A stretch of 64,000 nucleotides of DNA from an uncultured delta proteobacterium (GCA_963733195.1 CAVTCR010000063.1:1-64000), one strand, 5' to 3'. Shown: positions 42,561-53,459, numbered from the stretch's first letter. The notes: a model not told the origin generated them from the letters alone. Translations and numbers: made by a program.

Positions 42561-42758
42561 ATGTTTGGTCTTGGCATGGGTGAAATACTCATTATTCTCA
42601 TCATCGTACTCATTTTTGGGGCGAATAAGCTGCCTGAGATCGGTGGCGGGCTGGGTAAAGCGATTCGCGATTTCCGCAAGGAAGTCAAAAAACCTGATGA
42701 GATTGACGTCACTCCAGAAACGAAATCCGGCTCCTCAGGAGAGGAAAAGTCTCACTAA
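42561..42758 (+). CDS. tatA: twin-arginine translocase TatA/E
   Basis: [40 protein letters not shown]. Confidence 0.95.
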   Translation: MFGLGMGEILIILIIVLIFGANKLPEIGGGLGKAIRDFRKEVKKPDEIDVTPETKSGSSGEEKSH

Positions 42759-43804
42759 GACGTCCCGAACTGTGCTGTGGCGACACGACAGCTCAGCTCA
42801 GTGACTGCTGCCGGAGGGTTGGGGAAGACGATCAGGAAGTTCACTGCCTGACCAGGCAGCACATGAAACTGTTTTGGTGGTGCCAGACCCTGAAGGACAC
42901 TGATTTCACGCGTCGTTAGCGTTGGCAAACTTTCTGCCGTTGTCCCCATTCCACACGAGATTATTCGTTGTTCGATGGTTTCGCCATCAATGTCGTGCAA
43001 TTGCCCTTCAATTTGGATAAGCGAGGCGGGTACTGAAGCATTGTTCGTGGCTTTGCCGGAAATCGCGAACACACGTTTACTGTCTTTAGTTACCCAAAAG
43101 CCACTCTTTACATCTGATAACACAATGTGCTGTGGCGAAAATTGACTCGCAACAAACGAGGAGCCGACAACCGGAAGGCGTGCAAGCATGTTTGCTGTAT
43201 CGGTCACATTCATTCGCCATCGGCTCCCAAGAAAGTAATAGCCAAGGACGAGAAGGACTAGAAAGCCAAGAGCTGGCCATACAGAAAAAGTCGTGATCGG
43301 TGCTGGTCGTGAGCGTTGGCGAGGCGGCGCGTTTCGTTTTACTGGCTCGTTTCTTCGGTCTCCCTCAGTCGTGGTTGGAGGAGAGAATGAAGGAGCCGGG
43401 GAAGATAGAAGAGGGGAGTCAAGCGTAAAATCTTCTGGCTCAACGAAATCTTCTGAGAAACTCCTTGTTACCTGAGGTGACTGTCCTGGAACTTTTGTTG
43501 GAGAGGTCGATTTAGGGGACGGCGTCGTGGCAGAAGATTCGTTGGAAGCATGCCCTAATGGAGATTGCTGATCGGGAGGAAAGTCATTTGCCGATGCGGA
43601 TGATGACTCCACAAAAGCATCGGGAGATTCTAAAGGTGAATCATCGAGTAGAGGTTCTCCTCCAGTTTCTCGAGAGGGCCCTAGGAGATACGAAAAAATA
43701 TGGCCACATTGTTCCCGCGAGCACTCAAAGAGTGTGGAGTCAGTGATCGATAAGGAGCCGTCCATGCGATAGCGGGTGTGACAGGCTGGGCATTCAATAA
43801 TCAC
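42755..43804 (-). CDS. zinc-ribbon + TM + DUF3426-like protein
   Basis: [12 protein letters not shown]...C..CGHIF, low-complexity linker, TM, periplasmic Ig-like tail. Confidence 0.8.
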   Translation of the reverse strand: MIIECPACHTRYRMDGSLSITDSTLFECSREQCGHIFSYLLGPSRETGGEPLLDDSPLESPDAFVESSSASANDFPPDQQSPLGHASNESSATTPSPKSTSPTKVPGQSPQVTRSFSEDFVEPEDFTLDSPLLSSPAPSFSPPTTTEGDRRNEPVKRNAPPRQRSRPAPITTFSVWPALGFLVLLVLGYYFLGSRWRMNVTDTANMLARLPVVGSSFVASQFSPQHIVLSDVKSGFWVTKDSKRVFAISGKATNNASVPASLIQIEGQLHDIDGETIEQRIISCGMGTTAESLPTLTTREISVLQGLAPPKQFHVLPGQAVNFLIVFPNPPAAVTELSCRVATAQFGTS

Positions 43805-43925
43805 TCGCTGTCCTCCCTATGCAAAGAATTGTAGGAGGAAGTGAAGAAAAATCAACCTCGTTGACGATATATAGTAAAGAAAACTATAATGCTGCAACAT
43901 TTCTGCAGCCAGTCTAGGGAATCAC

Positions 43926-44714
43926 TTGCGTTGGATTGTCCTTGCACTCCGTTTCTTTACGATTGCCGTACTCACGCTTTTTTGGGGCGTTCTCATTATT
44001 CTCTTTTCCTATCTTGACCGGTACGGCGAACGAGCCGCCCGGCTCATTCGCTTCTGGGCGCGGGGAGTGCTATGGGTGTGTGGGGTGAAAATCCGTGTTC
44101 ACGGCCGAGAGCGTATTGATCCAACGAAAGCTTATCTATTCATGGCGAACCACCAGAGCAACTTTGATATCCCCATTCTCACGGCGGCGTTTGATACGCT
44201 GCAAGTACGCTGGGTCTCAAAGCAAGAGGTACGCAAGGTTCCTATCATTGGCTTATGTATGCAACGCACGCATCAAGTATTGGTTGACCGTGACAGTCCA
44301 ACCCAAGCGATTGCAGTGATTCGTCAAGTCAAAGCATTACTTGAGGCTGGCATATCAGCCGTTTTCTTTCCTGAAGGGACCCGCACTCGCGATGGCCATT
44401 TGCAGCCGTTCAAACCCGGTGGTTTTGCCGTGGCCACTGAAGCAAAAGTTCCTGTCGTTCCTACAGTGATTAATGGGAGCCGGGCGCTTTGGCCTCCCGG
44501 GGGGCTGGATTTGCGACCGGGAACTGTTGACGTCATATTTTGTGAACCGCTTTCAGTGAATCCACATTTGAGCAAGAAAGCTGCGCGTGAAGATCTCCTG
44601 GGAAAAGTACACGCTGCGATAGCAGAGCAATTGCGAGGTGATGTCCCAGTAACAGCTCCTGTTGTTTCCCCAGCCCTTGTTCCAACTTCCGCACCGGAGC
44701 ATCCGACTACATGA
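43926..44714 (+). CDS. plsC: 1-acyl-sn-glycerol-3-phosphate acyltransferase
   Basis: NHQSNFD, FPEGTR, FKPGGF. Confidence 0.9.
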   Translation: MRWIVLALRFFTIAVLTLFWGVLIILFSYLDRYGERAARLIRFWARGVLWVCGVKIRVHGRERIDPTKAYLFMANHQSNFDIPILTAAFDTLQVRWVSKQEVRKVPIIGLCMQRTHQVLVDRDSPTQAIAVIRQVKALLEAGISAVFFPEGTRTRDGHLQPFKPGGFAVATEAKVPVVPTVINGSRALWPPGGLDLRPGTVDVIFCEPLSVNPHLSKKAAREDLLGKVHAAIAEQLRGDVPVTAPVVSPALVPTSAPEHPTT

Positions 44715-46378
44715 GTGAGGGTACTTTACGTATTATTCCCCTTGGCGGGCTAGGCGAGATCGGTCTCAACTTGATGCTGATCGAATATTGCCCGGCAGAC
44801 AGCGAGGATATTGCAGCCATTGCTGTTGACTGTGGCTTGATGTTCCCCGAGCGAGAAATGCTGGGAATCGACGTAGTTATTCCCGACTTTACCTATTTGC
44901 GCGAGAAACGCCACCTGAAAGGGGTGGTGTTTACCCACGGGCACGAGGACCACATTGGTGCGCTTCCTCATCTGTTGCGGGAGTTTAACGTGCCCGTCTA
45001 TGGCACAGCTTTTACCCTGGGGTTACTGCGTGACAAACTCGATGAGCATGATCTGCTGGAGGAGACTGAACTTCACGAATTTCGCCCACGACAGTCTTGG
45101 CAGATTGGTCCCTTTCAGATTGAAGGCATTCATGTCACCCATAGCATTGTTGATGCAGCCGCTCTGGCAATCACAACACCACTTGGGGTTATCGTCCATA
45201 CGGGGGATTTTAAACTCGACCAAACGCCGATAGATGGCCGGCAGTCGGATATTGCACGGTTAGCAGAATTAGGAGAGCAAGGCGTATTGCTCCTCCTTTC
45301 TGATTCAACCAATGTCGAACGGCCTGGCACTACACCATCAGAGCGGACCTTAACTCGCCCCCTTGAAGACCTTATGGCGCATGCGAGTGGTAAAGTACTG
45401 GTGGCGACGTTTGCCTCGCATGTCCATCGTATTCGCCAAGTGATTGACCTTTCTCTGAAACAAGGGCGTGCGGTGGGGGTGGTCGGCAAAAGCTTAGTAA
45501 ATAATATTGAAATTGCTCGTGAGGTCGGTCACCTCAAGATTCCTGCGGACACGTTGGTCGATATCGGGAAGGTTGGTGATCGAGATCCACAAACCGTTAC
45601 GCTCCTGACGACAGGATCGCAAGGCGAACCGCTTTCTGCTCTGTCACGCATTGCTACTGGCGCTCACCCTCATGTCAAGATTCGCCCTGGCGATACGGTA
45701 ATTTTGTCATCGCGGGTTATTCCTGGTAATGAACGTACTATTGCTCGTCTCCTCGATCACTTGTGCCGACGAGGTGCAGAGGTATACTATGAGGCCATCG
45801 CGTGTGTTCATGTGTCCGGCCACGCGAGCCAAGAAGAATTGCAGCTCATGTTAAACCTGTTACGGCCACAATTCTTCGTCCCTATTCATGGAGAGTTTCG
45901 TTTTCTGGTTCGTCACTGTGAGTTAGCCCGTGGCGTGGGGGTCGATCCCACAGGAGTGTTTTTACTAGAAGATGGTCAAGTGCTGGAGATTACGACGAAG
46001 GGCGCACATGTCACAGAGTCCGTGCAGGCGGGACGGGTCTTCGTCGATGGGTTAGGTGGCATAGAAGAAGAGGTGCTCCGCGATCGCCGCCATATGGCCG
46101 AGGATGGGCTTGTGGTCGCGATTGTCGGGATTGCGCAGCAGACTGGAGAAGTGTTGACCGGGCCGGACCTGTTGTCCCGTGGGTTCCTAGCGGCAACGAA
46201 TGGCGAAGGGTTTGATGCTGCTAAGGAAGCGGTTCGTACTGCGTTGGGTGAGTTACCGCGAGAGTCGCGGACAGATATTGGGATGGTGAAAGAACAAGTC
46301 CGACAAGTCTTGCGACGCTATTTCCGACGCACGTTAGGTCGACGTCCGGTGGTGCTGCCATTTGTGATGGAGATGTGA
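44711..46378 (+). CDS. rnj: ribonuclease J
   Basis: LGGLGEIG, THGHEDHIG, HTGDFK, GSQGEP, HVSGHAS. Confidence 0.97.
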   Translation: MSEGTLRIIPLGGLGEIGLNLMLIEYCPADSEDIAAIAVDCGLMFPEREMLGIDVVIPDFTYLREKRHLKGVVFTHGHEDHIGALPHLLREFNVPVYGTAFTLGLLRDKLDEHDLLEETELHEFRPRQSWQIGPFQIEGIHVTHSIVDAAALAITTPLGVIVHTGDFKLDQTPIDGRQSDIARLAELGEQGVLLLLSDSTNVERPGTTPSERTLTRPLEDLMAHASGKVLVATFASHVHRIRQVIDLSLKQGRAVGVVGKSLVNNIEIAREVGHLKIPADTLVDIGKVGDRDPQTVTLLTTGSQGEPLSALSRIATGAHPHVKIRPGDTVILSSRVIPGNERTIARLLDHLCRRGAEVYYEAIACVHVSGHASQEELQLMLNLLRPQFFVPIHGEFRFLVRHCELARGVGVDPTGVFLLEDGQVLEITTKGAHVTESVQAGRVFVDGLGGIEEEVLRDRRHMAEDGLVVAIVGIAQQTGEVLTGPDLLSRGFLAATNGEGFDAAKEAVRTALGELPRESRTDIGMVKEQVRQVLRRYFRRTLGRRPVVLPFVMEM

Positions 46379-46397
46379 TGCGGAGGAGGGGGAGGAT

Positions 46398-48782
46398 ATG
46401 GCGGTGGGGAAGAAACCGCGGTCGGAGGAGCAACCCTTCGGGGGAGAGGTGATTGGGGTCGCTAATATTGCCTTAGCGATCTTTTTTACCCTGGCATTCT
46501 ATTCATATCAGGCTGGTGAGACGAGCAGTAACTCTGTTGGTTTGATCGGTTACCTGCTAGCCGACCTGTTATGTCCGGCTTTTGGCCAGGCGTGCTATTT
46601 ATTACCATTATCGCTGCTGTACTTCGCTGGAGTGCTTCTCCACCAGTGGCAGTGTCATGCGTTGATATCTCAATTGCTCTCGTTTGGGACTTTCCTTGTT
46701 ACGACCGCTGCGCTGCTTGCGTTGTGGGGAGGGCAGCGTCCTGTCATCGAGGCCGGTGGTTGGGTCGGTGGGTTTCTCGCTCTGCACTTGCGCACTGGGC
46801 TCAATATGATCGGCACCCATTTACTCCTCGTTCCGGTGTTGCTGATGTCGTTTATGGGAATGACCCGCGTAACCTTGTCCGATACCGGAGTTGGGATCTT
46901 TGCTCAGAGTTATGCCTTGATCATTAAAAGTTATACCCTGCTGAGGCAGCTAGGGGGAGTGTTCAAGTGGTTCGAAGGGCTTCTTCCTCGCCTTGCCTGG
47001 GAACGTCCAGAATTGCCTGACCCTGAGCTTGAGATAGTGCCGACGAAGCGCACGAGTCGGAAAGAATCAGTTACTAAGAAATCATCTCCAGCCATTCTAT
47101 TAGAGGAGGAAGAAGAGGAAGCCTCACTACCGCCGATCATTATTACCGAGCCTGCACCATCGCCGATTCCAGTCGCCAAAACCGAACGCTCAAAGCCAGC
47201 GCCGGTCAAGGTATTCAGCGAAGCCGTGACGGCCAATGGAAGACCTTATGTGCTTCCCGCCGTGTCACTGATTGATCCGCCGGTACGTTTAGCGGTGAAA
47301 GTTGATGAAGATGCCTTGCATGCGAGTTCACGTATTCTTGAGAACAAACTTGGAGATTTTGGTGTTGAAGGGAAAGTTGTTGCGGTTCGTCCTGGGCCGG
47401 TGATTACCACGTATGAGTTCGAACCTGCCCCTGGCGTCAAAGTGAACCGTGTGGTGTCATTAGCCGACGATCTCCAGATGGCGTTGCGTGCGGTGTCCGT
47501 GCGTATTCTCGCGCCGATTCCCGGTAAAGCCGTGGTGGGTATAGAGGTTTCTAATCCACGACGTGAGAAAGTCTGTATGCGCGAGATCGTCGAAAGCCAA
47601 GGGTTCCAGCAGTCTGATTCGCCGCTGACGTTGGCACTCGGGAAAGATACGGTGGGAAATCCGGTGGTCGCGGATATCGCGCGTATGCCGCATCTCCTGG
47701 TGGCGGGAGCGACCGGAACTGGGAAATCGGTCTCACTCAACGTGATGATCATGAGTATGCTCTATCGGGCAACTCCGCGTGACGTTCGCTTCATCATGAT
47801 CGACCCGAAAATGCTTGAACTTTCCCTCTACGAAGATCTCCCGCATCAGCTTTCGCATGTGATTACCAATCCCAAAGAAGCTGGGGCGGCACTGCAAGAA
47901 GTCGTGCGACGTATGGAGTATCGCTACAAACTCCTCAAAGACAAAGGTGTGAGAAGCATTGCGGCTTACAATCGTGTGCTAGAAGCCGGACAACCGAACG
48001 CCAAGGGTGTCGTGAAGCTAACCGAGATCATCGAGGAAGGTGATGACGATGAAGAGTTGCAAAGTAGATCATCGTCTGCGGTAAAGAGTGAGCCGTTTGT
48101 CCATCAGCGACTACCGTATTTAGTGGTGATTGTGGATGAGCTCGCTGACTTGATGCTGACTGTTGGCCGCGAGATTGAGGAGCCTATTACTCGTTTGGCG
48201 CAGATGGGTCGTGCCGCAGGAATTCACCTCATCCTGGCAACCCAACGTCCGTCAGTTGATGTCATCACCGGTTTGATCAAAGCAAACTTTCCTGCCCGTG
48301 TGTCATTCCAAGTTTCTTCACGGATAGACTCGCGCACGATTCTTGATGCGATTGGTGCCGAGCGACTCTTGGGCGAAGGCGATATGTTGTTCCTCCCACC
48401 GGGGAGTGCCAAACCACAGCGTATTCATGGTGCCTACATTTCTGAACCGGAAATTCGCAAAGTGGCGACGGCCATCAAGAAACAAGGCAAACCTGTCTAT
48501 GATGCGGAGTTTGTTGCGGCACTCGAGAAGGCGCGTAGTAACAAGGGGGCTGATGGCAGTGTCGAAGAAGACGACTACGATGAGATGTATGAGCAGGCAC
48601 GAGAGTTGGTGATGGAGAGTCGTCAAGCGTCTATTTCTTGGCTCCAACGCCGACTGCGGGTTGGCTATAACCGAGCCGCACGTATGATCGAACGCATGGA
48701 GCGGGAAGGGCTGGTGGCTCCTGCTGCCGAAGCTGGGAAACCCCGCGAGGTCTTGGTGCGGGCGAGTGGGGGAAGAGAATGA
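46398..48782 (+). CDS. ftsK: DNA translocase FtsK
   Basis: 4TM N-terminus, GATGTGKS, IVDELADLM, ATQRPSVD, gamma domain LQRRLRVGYNRAAR. Confidence 0.97.
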   Translation: MAVGKKPRSEEQPFGGEVIGVANIALAIFFTLAFYSYQAGETSSNSVGLIGYLLADLLCPAFGQACYLLPLSLLYFAGVLLHQWQCHALISQLLSFGTFLVTTAALLALWGGQRPVIEAGGWVGGFLALHLRTGLNMIGTHLLLVPVLLMSFMGMTRVTLSDTGVGIFAQSYALIIKSYTLLRQLGGVFKWFEGLLPRLAWERPELPDPELEIVPTKRTSRKESVTKKSSPAILLEEEEEEASLPPIIITEPAPSPIPVAKTERSKPAPVKVFSEAVTANGRPYVLPAVSLIDPPVRLAVKVDEDALHASSRILENKLGDFGVEGKVVAVRPGPVITTYEFEPAPGVKVNRVVSLADDLQMALRAVSVRILAPIPGKAVVGIEVSNPRREKVCMREIVESQGFQQSDSPLTLALGKDTVGNPVVADIARMPHLLVAGATGTGKSVSLNVMIMSMLYRATPRDVRFIMIDPKMLELSLYEDLPHQLSHVITNPKEAGAALQEVVRRMEYRYKLLKDKGVRSIAAYNRVLEAGQPNAKGVVKLTEIIEEGDDDEELQSRSSSAVKSEPFVHQRLPYLVVIVDELADLMLTVGREIEEPITRLAQMGRAAGIHLILATQRPSVDVITGLIKANFPARVSFQVSSRIDSRTILDAIGAERLLGEGDMLFLPPGSAKPQRIHGAYISEPEIRKVATAIKKQGKPVYDAEFVAALEKARSNKGADGSVEEDDYDEMYEQARELVMESRQASISWLQRRLRVGYNRAARMIERMEREGLVAPAAEAGKPREVLVRASGGRE

Positions 48783-48789
48783 AAAGTAA

Positions 48790-48948
48790 TGCAAAATGTA
48801 GAATGCTGAATGATGAATGGAAAAATGGTGAGAGAGCTTTTTTTGCCTTTGCGGTGTTCTATACTGCATGACTATGCCAATACGTTTCTCACGATTAGCC
48901 GTTGTCATTTTTCTCTTTTATTCATCGTTCATCGTTCAGCATTCCGCA
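48790..48948. repeat. inverted heptamer arrays spanning the lolA start
   Basis: TGCAAAA TGTAGAA TGCTGAA TGATGAA TGGAAAA (48790-48824) vs TTCATCG TTCATCG TTCAGCA TTCCGCA (48921-48948). Confidence 0.8.
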
Positions 48949-49548
48949 TTTGCTGCTCAAACGGCATCCGTCCAGACCGTCGTGAAAAAACTCCAGGCGC
49001 GATACGATTCGACCACAGGCTTTCATGCTGACTTCAAGCAGGAGGTAGAATCCGCCACACTAGGGCAGAAGGTTGAGGCCCACGGAAAGGTTTTCTTCAA
49101 AAAGCCTGGCCGTATGCGCTGGGAGTTTATCGATCCTGAACAGCTTCTGGTGTCCGATGGGGAATTCTTCTGGTTGTATCAGCCAAAAGAAAATCAAGTC
49201 ATCAAAACCCCGTTCGCCCAAGCCTTTTACTCAAATTCCCCTGCTTCGTTTCTCCTAGGAGTCGGGCGGATCACGCAAGATTTTACTCCCAGCTTGCAAG
49301 CCCAGAATGCGAAGACGTACACGCTGCGCTTAACGCCGAAGAAAGATCCCGAAGCGATCGGTTTGCTGGATCTCGAAGTTGACGCGAAGACGTTTGATAT
49401 TCTTCAAGCGACGATCATAGATCCCATCGGCAACACCACAAAAGTGCACTTTTCTAATATCGATCGCAAAGGACCGCTGGACGAATCGCTCTTTCGTTTC
49501 ACGGTCCCGTCTGGGGTCGATATAGTCGACACTCCATCGCCTTCTTGA
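48868..49548 (+). CDS. lolA: outer-membrane lipoprotein carrier LolA
   Basis: signal peptide, ADFKQ, KKPGRMRWE, VSDG..WLY; follows ftsK. Confidence 0.92.
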   Translation: MTMPIRFSRLAVVIFLFYSSFIVQHSAFAAQTASVQTVVKKLQARYDSTTGFHADFKQEVESATLGQKVEAHGKVFFKKPGRMRWEFIDPEQLLVSDGEFFWLYQPKENQVIKTPFAQAFYSNSPASFLLGVGRITQDFTPSLQAQNAKTYTLRLTPKKDPEAIGLLDLEVDAKTFDILQATIIDPIGNTTKVHFSNIDRKGPLDESLFRFTVPSGVDIVDTPSPS

Positions 49549-49649
49549 TATGGCACGCGACATCGAGAAGAGTCCAGAGTCTTAGGGTCTAGGGGTCAGA
49601 ATCCGAAAACTATGGGTAGCCTAAATGACATGTGGCGGGTCTTTTCCTC

Positions 49650-49770
49650 GTTCGCCCTTCGACTTCGCTGCAGCTACGCTCAGGACGAGCGGGTTGAGCG
49701 GTCCGTTCGTGCTGAGTGTAACCCCCAGGGTAAAGCTTGTCCTGAGCTTGTCGAAGGATGAAGCATGAAC
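49650..49770. repeat. palindromic miniature element (CCTTCGAC...CTCAGGACG / CCGTTCGT.CTGAG...GTCGAAGG type)
   Basis: gttcgcccttcgacttcg...ctcaggacgagcgg is complementary to ccgttcgtgctgag...gtcgaaggatgaagcatgaac. Confidence 0.7.
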
Positions 49771-49918
49771 GACGGTTGCTACAACTCACATGGGAGAACT
49801 ATAACAAGTCGTTCCTGGACCATAGCGGGGGGTCTCGAGGTCTAGATTCTCAATAGAAACACCGAGTCCTCATTGCTCGATACTCATTACTCATTACTGT
49901 TTGTCGGAGGAGGTTGCC

Positions 49919-50674
49919 ATGCGACTCGAAGGAAAAATTGCGTTGATTACTGGTGCCGGTTCTGGTCAAGGACGAGAAGCCGCAGTGCTCTTTGCTCAGG
50001 AGGGCGCACGAGTGGTGGTGACTGATGTGGACGAGAATGGAGTAAAGGAAACTATCGAGCAAATTAAAGCCGCTGGTGGCGAAGCGGTTGGTCGTCGGAT
50101 GGACGTTGCTGATGCTACTCAAGTACAGGACGGGGTCGGTTTTGCCATACGGACATATGGATCACTGCATGTGCTCTATAACAATGCTGGCGTTTACCTC
50201 CGCGGCAAAGATGGGCCGGTGACGAGAGTCTCGGATGATATTTGGGACCAGACTCTCAACGTCAACCTCAAGAGCATGTATCTCTGTTGTAAGTACGCTA
50301 TTCCCGAAATGATCAAAGCTGGCGGTGGTGCAATTGTGAGCACAGCATCAGCCGCAGGATTGATGGGCAGCAACTTCCACGCCTACTCGGCGTCAAAGGG
50401 CGGAATGATTGCGCTCAGTCGCTCAATTGCGACCACCTACGCGGCCCAAAATGTTCGTTCCAACGTGATTTGCCCAGGCTTTATTGAAACCCAAATGACC
50501 GCTGAGATTTCCGGTAGCCAGCGGTTGTTACAGGCTTACCTGGACAACACGCCGCTCCATCGCGCAGGTCGAGCGGTTGATGTAGCCTATATGGCGTTAT
50601 ATCTCGCCTCCGACGAAGCGGCTTTTGTGACTGGCGGAGTGTTTGTCATCGACGGTGGCGTGACCGCCCGCTAA
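49919..50674 (+). CDS. short-chain dehydrogenase/reductase
   Basis: TGAGSGQG, NNAG, YSASK, CPGFIET. Confidence 0.95.
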   Translation: MRLEGKIALITGAGSGQGREAAVLFAQEGARVVVTDVDENGVKETIEQIKAAGGEAVGRRMDVADATQVQDGVGFAIRTYGSLHVLYNNAGVYLRGKDGPVTRVSDDIWDQTLNVNLKSMYLCCKYAIPEMIKAGGGAIVSTASAAGLMGSNFHAYSASKGGMIALSRSIATTYAAQNVRSNVICPGFIETQMTAEISGSQRLLQAYLDNTPLHRAGRAVDVAYMALYLASDEAAFVTGGVFVIDGGVTAR

Positions 50675-50759
50675 TTCAGCTCCCCTGTGAAACTGGGGTT
50701 CTCCTTACCAGCGCTCTCAGCTATAGTTGCGCGCACTTTACCGTGAAAAAGGGATTTTT

Positions 50760-52475
50760 ATGCAACAGTACGTCCGCAAAGTTGACGCGAGCGGCCACGC
50801 CTATGTAGAGACTGACCTCTCTGGGTACATGTTGACGCGTTCGCCTCTGCTCAACAAAGGAACAGCTTTCACGATCGAAGAGCGCAAGGAACTCGGATTG
50901 TTGGGCACTCTCCCCCCGCACGTGACGCCGCTGGCCGAGCAGGTACAACAAAGCTACGCCAATTTCAGTAATTTCCAAACTCCTCTCGATAAGCACGTCT
51001 TTCTGCGTATGCTGCAAGATCGCAATGAAGTGCTCTTCTATGCATTGGTCGCCCAGCATCTCGAAGAGATGATGCCGATCATCTATACGCCGACCGTCGG
51101 TGAAGCGGTCGAGAAGTTTAGTCACATCTTTCGTCACCCGCGCGGGTTGATCATCAGTACCGCGAATATCGATTACATTGATTCCTTACTCGACAACACG
51201 CCGCTCCCTGATGTGAAGCTCGTTGTCGCAAGTGATGCCGAGGCTATTCTTGGCATTGGTGATCAAGGCGTTGGTGGCTTGGGCATCTGTATCGGAAAGC
51301 TTTCTTTATACACAGCAGCGGCCGGGATTGATCCAGCGTTCACGTTACCTGTTGGCGTTGATATTGGCACCAATCGCCAAGACTTGCTTGATGATCCCCT
51401 GTATCTTGGGGTCCGGCACAAGCGACTTGAAGGCAAGGCCTACATGGACTTTATTGAAAAGTTCGTCACCGCCTTCAAGAAGCGCTTTCCTTCTGCACTG
51501 CTCCAGTGGGAAGATTTTAGCAAGCAGAAAGCCTTTGACGTCCTTGACCACTTCCAAGATGTTACGCCATCGTTTAACGATGACATTCAAGGCACAGGTG
51601 CCGTGGTGCTCGCCGGTTTATTGGCGAGCATGCGCAAGATCGGACAAAAACTGTCAGACCAAGTTTTCGTGATTCATGGGGCCGGTGCAGGTGGGGTTGG
51701 CGTTGCGCGGCAGATTTGTCTGGGGATGGAGCTGGAAGGCACGTCACCAGCAGCGGCCAAGGAACGCATGCTGACGTTGGACTCGAAAGGTTTAGTGCTG
51801 ACCAATCGTTCTGGACTCGAACCGTACAAGCTGGAATTTGCCCTTGATCCGCAACGCGTTGCCGGATGGAAAACCAAAGGTGCGATTCCCGATTTACTCG
51901 AAACCGTGCGGCAAGGAAAAGTGACGGCGTTGATTGGATTGTCGGGTCAACGTGGAGCGTTCCCGGAGGAAATCGTCCGTGCGGTGGCGGTTAATACTCC
52001 TCACCCAATTGTCTTTGCTCTTTCTAATCCGACGGCGAACTGTGAAGTTGATCCGACGGATGTCTATCGCTGGACTGATGGGAAAGCGATCGTGGCTACA
52101 GGCAGTCCGTTTGCCGACGTTTCGCATGGGGGCAGATCGTATCCGGTTGGCCAAGGCAATAATGCCTTCATCTTTCCCGGTCTTGGCCTTGGCGTGATGT
52201 TGAGTGGTGCACGAAGAGTCACCGAGAAAATGCTCACGGCGGCAGCGGTCGCTTTGAACGACTTCACGACCGACGAGCGCATTGCTCAAGGTGGTGTGTA
52301 TCCACGCATCGAGCAATTGCGCGAAGCGAGCAAACATGTCGCCGTTGCAGTCATCAAACAAGCAATGAAAGATGGTTTAGCTCGGAACGAGGTTCCTGAG
52401 AAAAATCTTGATGCCTTTGTCGAGAGTGGGATGTGGAGACCTGAATACCTGCCGATCCGACGCAAGCGAGCGTAG
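50760..52475 (+). CDS. maeA: NAD-dependent malic enzyme
   Basis: PLLNKGTAF, PIIYTPTVG, ILGIGDQG, FNDDIQGTG, GAGAGG, LSNPT. Confidence 0.93.
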   Translation: MQQYVRKVDASGHAYVETDLSGYMLTRSPLLNKGTAFTIEERKELGLLGTLPPHVTPLAEQVQQSYANFSNFQTPLDKHVFLRMLQDRNEVLFYALVAQHLEEMMPIIYTPTVGEAVEKFSHIFRHPRGLIISTANIDYIDSLLDNTPLPDVKLVVASDAEAILGIGDQGVGGLGICIGKLSLYTAAAGIDPAFTLPVGVDIGTNRQDLLDDPLYLGVRHKRLEGKAYMDFIEKFVTAFKKRFPSALLQWEDFSKQKAFDVLDHFQDVTPSFNDDIQGTGAVVLAGLLASMRKIGQKLSDQVFVIHGAGAGGVGVARQICLGMELEGTSPAAAKERMLTLDSKGLVLTNRSGLEPYKLEFALDPQRVAGWKTKGAIPDLLETVRQGKVTALIGLSGQRGAFPEEIVRAVAVNTPHPIVFALSNPTANCEVDPTDVYRWTDGKAIVATGSPFADVSHGGRSYPVGQGNNAFIFPGLGLGVMLSGARRVTEKMLTAAAVALNDFTTDERIAQGGVYPRIEQLREASKHVAVAVIKQAMKDGLARNEVPEKNLDAFVESGMWRPEYLPIRRKRA

Positions 52476-52518
52476 TGCTGAAGTCTAGAGGCTGAAGACT
52501 AAAGGCTTAAGACTTGTG

Positions 52519-52548
52519 AGGGCGACGCAACCGTCGCCCTTATTTTTT
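52519..52548 (+). terminator. probable intrinsic terminator after malic enzyme
   Basis: AGGGCGACG-caac-CGTCGCCCT followed by TATTTTTT. Confidence 0.65.
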
Positions 52549-52564
52549 GCGGAGGAAATGAGAG

Positions 52565-53459
52565 ATGCAAGATCTAGCTGGGCGAGTAGCGGTGATCACT
52601 GGCGGTGCGAGTGGGATCGGCTTGGCAACGGCACGAGCCCTCGCCCGAGAGAAGATGCGTATTGTTTTAGCTGATATCGAGCAGGGGCCACTCTTGATGC
52701 GGCAGTCAAAGAGATTCAAGGGCTGGGCGTGGAAGCCTTGGCGTACGTACTGATGTTGGCGACCTCAAGCAGGTGCAAGCGCTTGCCGATAAGACCTGGG
52801 AACGCTTCGGTGCAGCCCACGTTGTTTTTAACAACGCAGGGGTAGCAGTGTTTGGTCCGATCCAGGAGATGAAACACGAAGATTGGGAATGGGTGCTCAG
52901 GGTCGATCTCTGGGGAGTGATTCATGGTGTTGAGGCATTCCTCAACCGGATGATCGCCCAGAAGCAAGGCGGACATATTGTGAATACCGCCTCGTTTGCT
53001 GGGCTTGCTCCTAATCGCGGACTGGGTGCGTACTGCGTAGCAAAATATGGGGTTGTCGCCTTGTCTGAGTGTTTAGCCCGCGATGTCAAAGAGCACGACA
53101 TTGGTGTGTCGGTATTATGCCCGATGATCTTGGCAACCAATATCAATCACTCCGAGCGCAATCGACCGACAGAGCTGGGCGGCGCGAAAGCACAACGACA
53201 ACAAACAAGTGCCGAGCAGCAGAGTATGCGGGGAAGAGTGTTGACACCTGAGTTGGCAGCCGAGAAAGTTGTCCAGGCAATTAAAAGCGGAGAATTGTAT
53301 ATTCACACGCACGAAGAAGCGCGCGACTTCGTACGTCGCCGCTTTGAACGGATCGATCGGGCGTTTGAGAAGTTAAAAATGACGAGAGGGGGTTGTCAGT
53401 TCTCGCCCCTCGACTTAGCCACAGGACAGGCTGCGGCGGGAATCCAAGGGGTGGCGTGA
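52565..53459 (+). CDS. short-chain dehydrogenase/reductase (frameshift near 52700)
   Basis: TGGASGIG in 52565 ORF; NNAGV, YCVAK in 52773 ORF. Confidence 0.88.
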
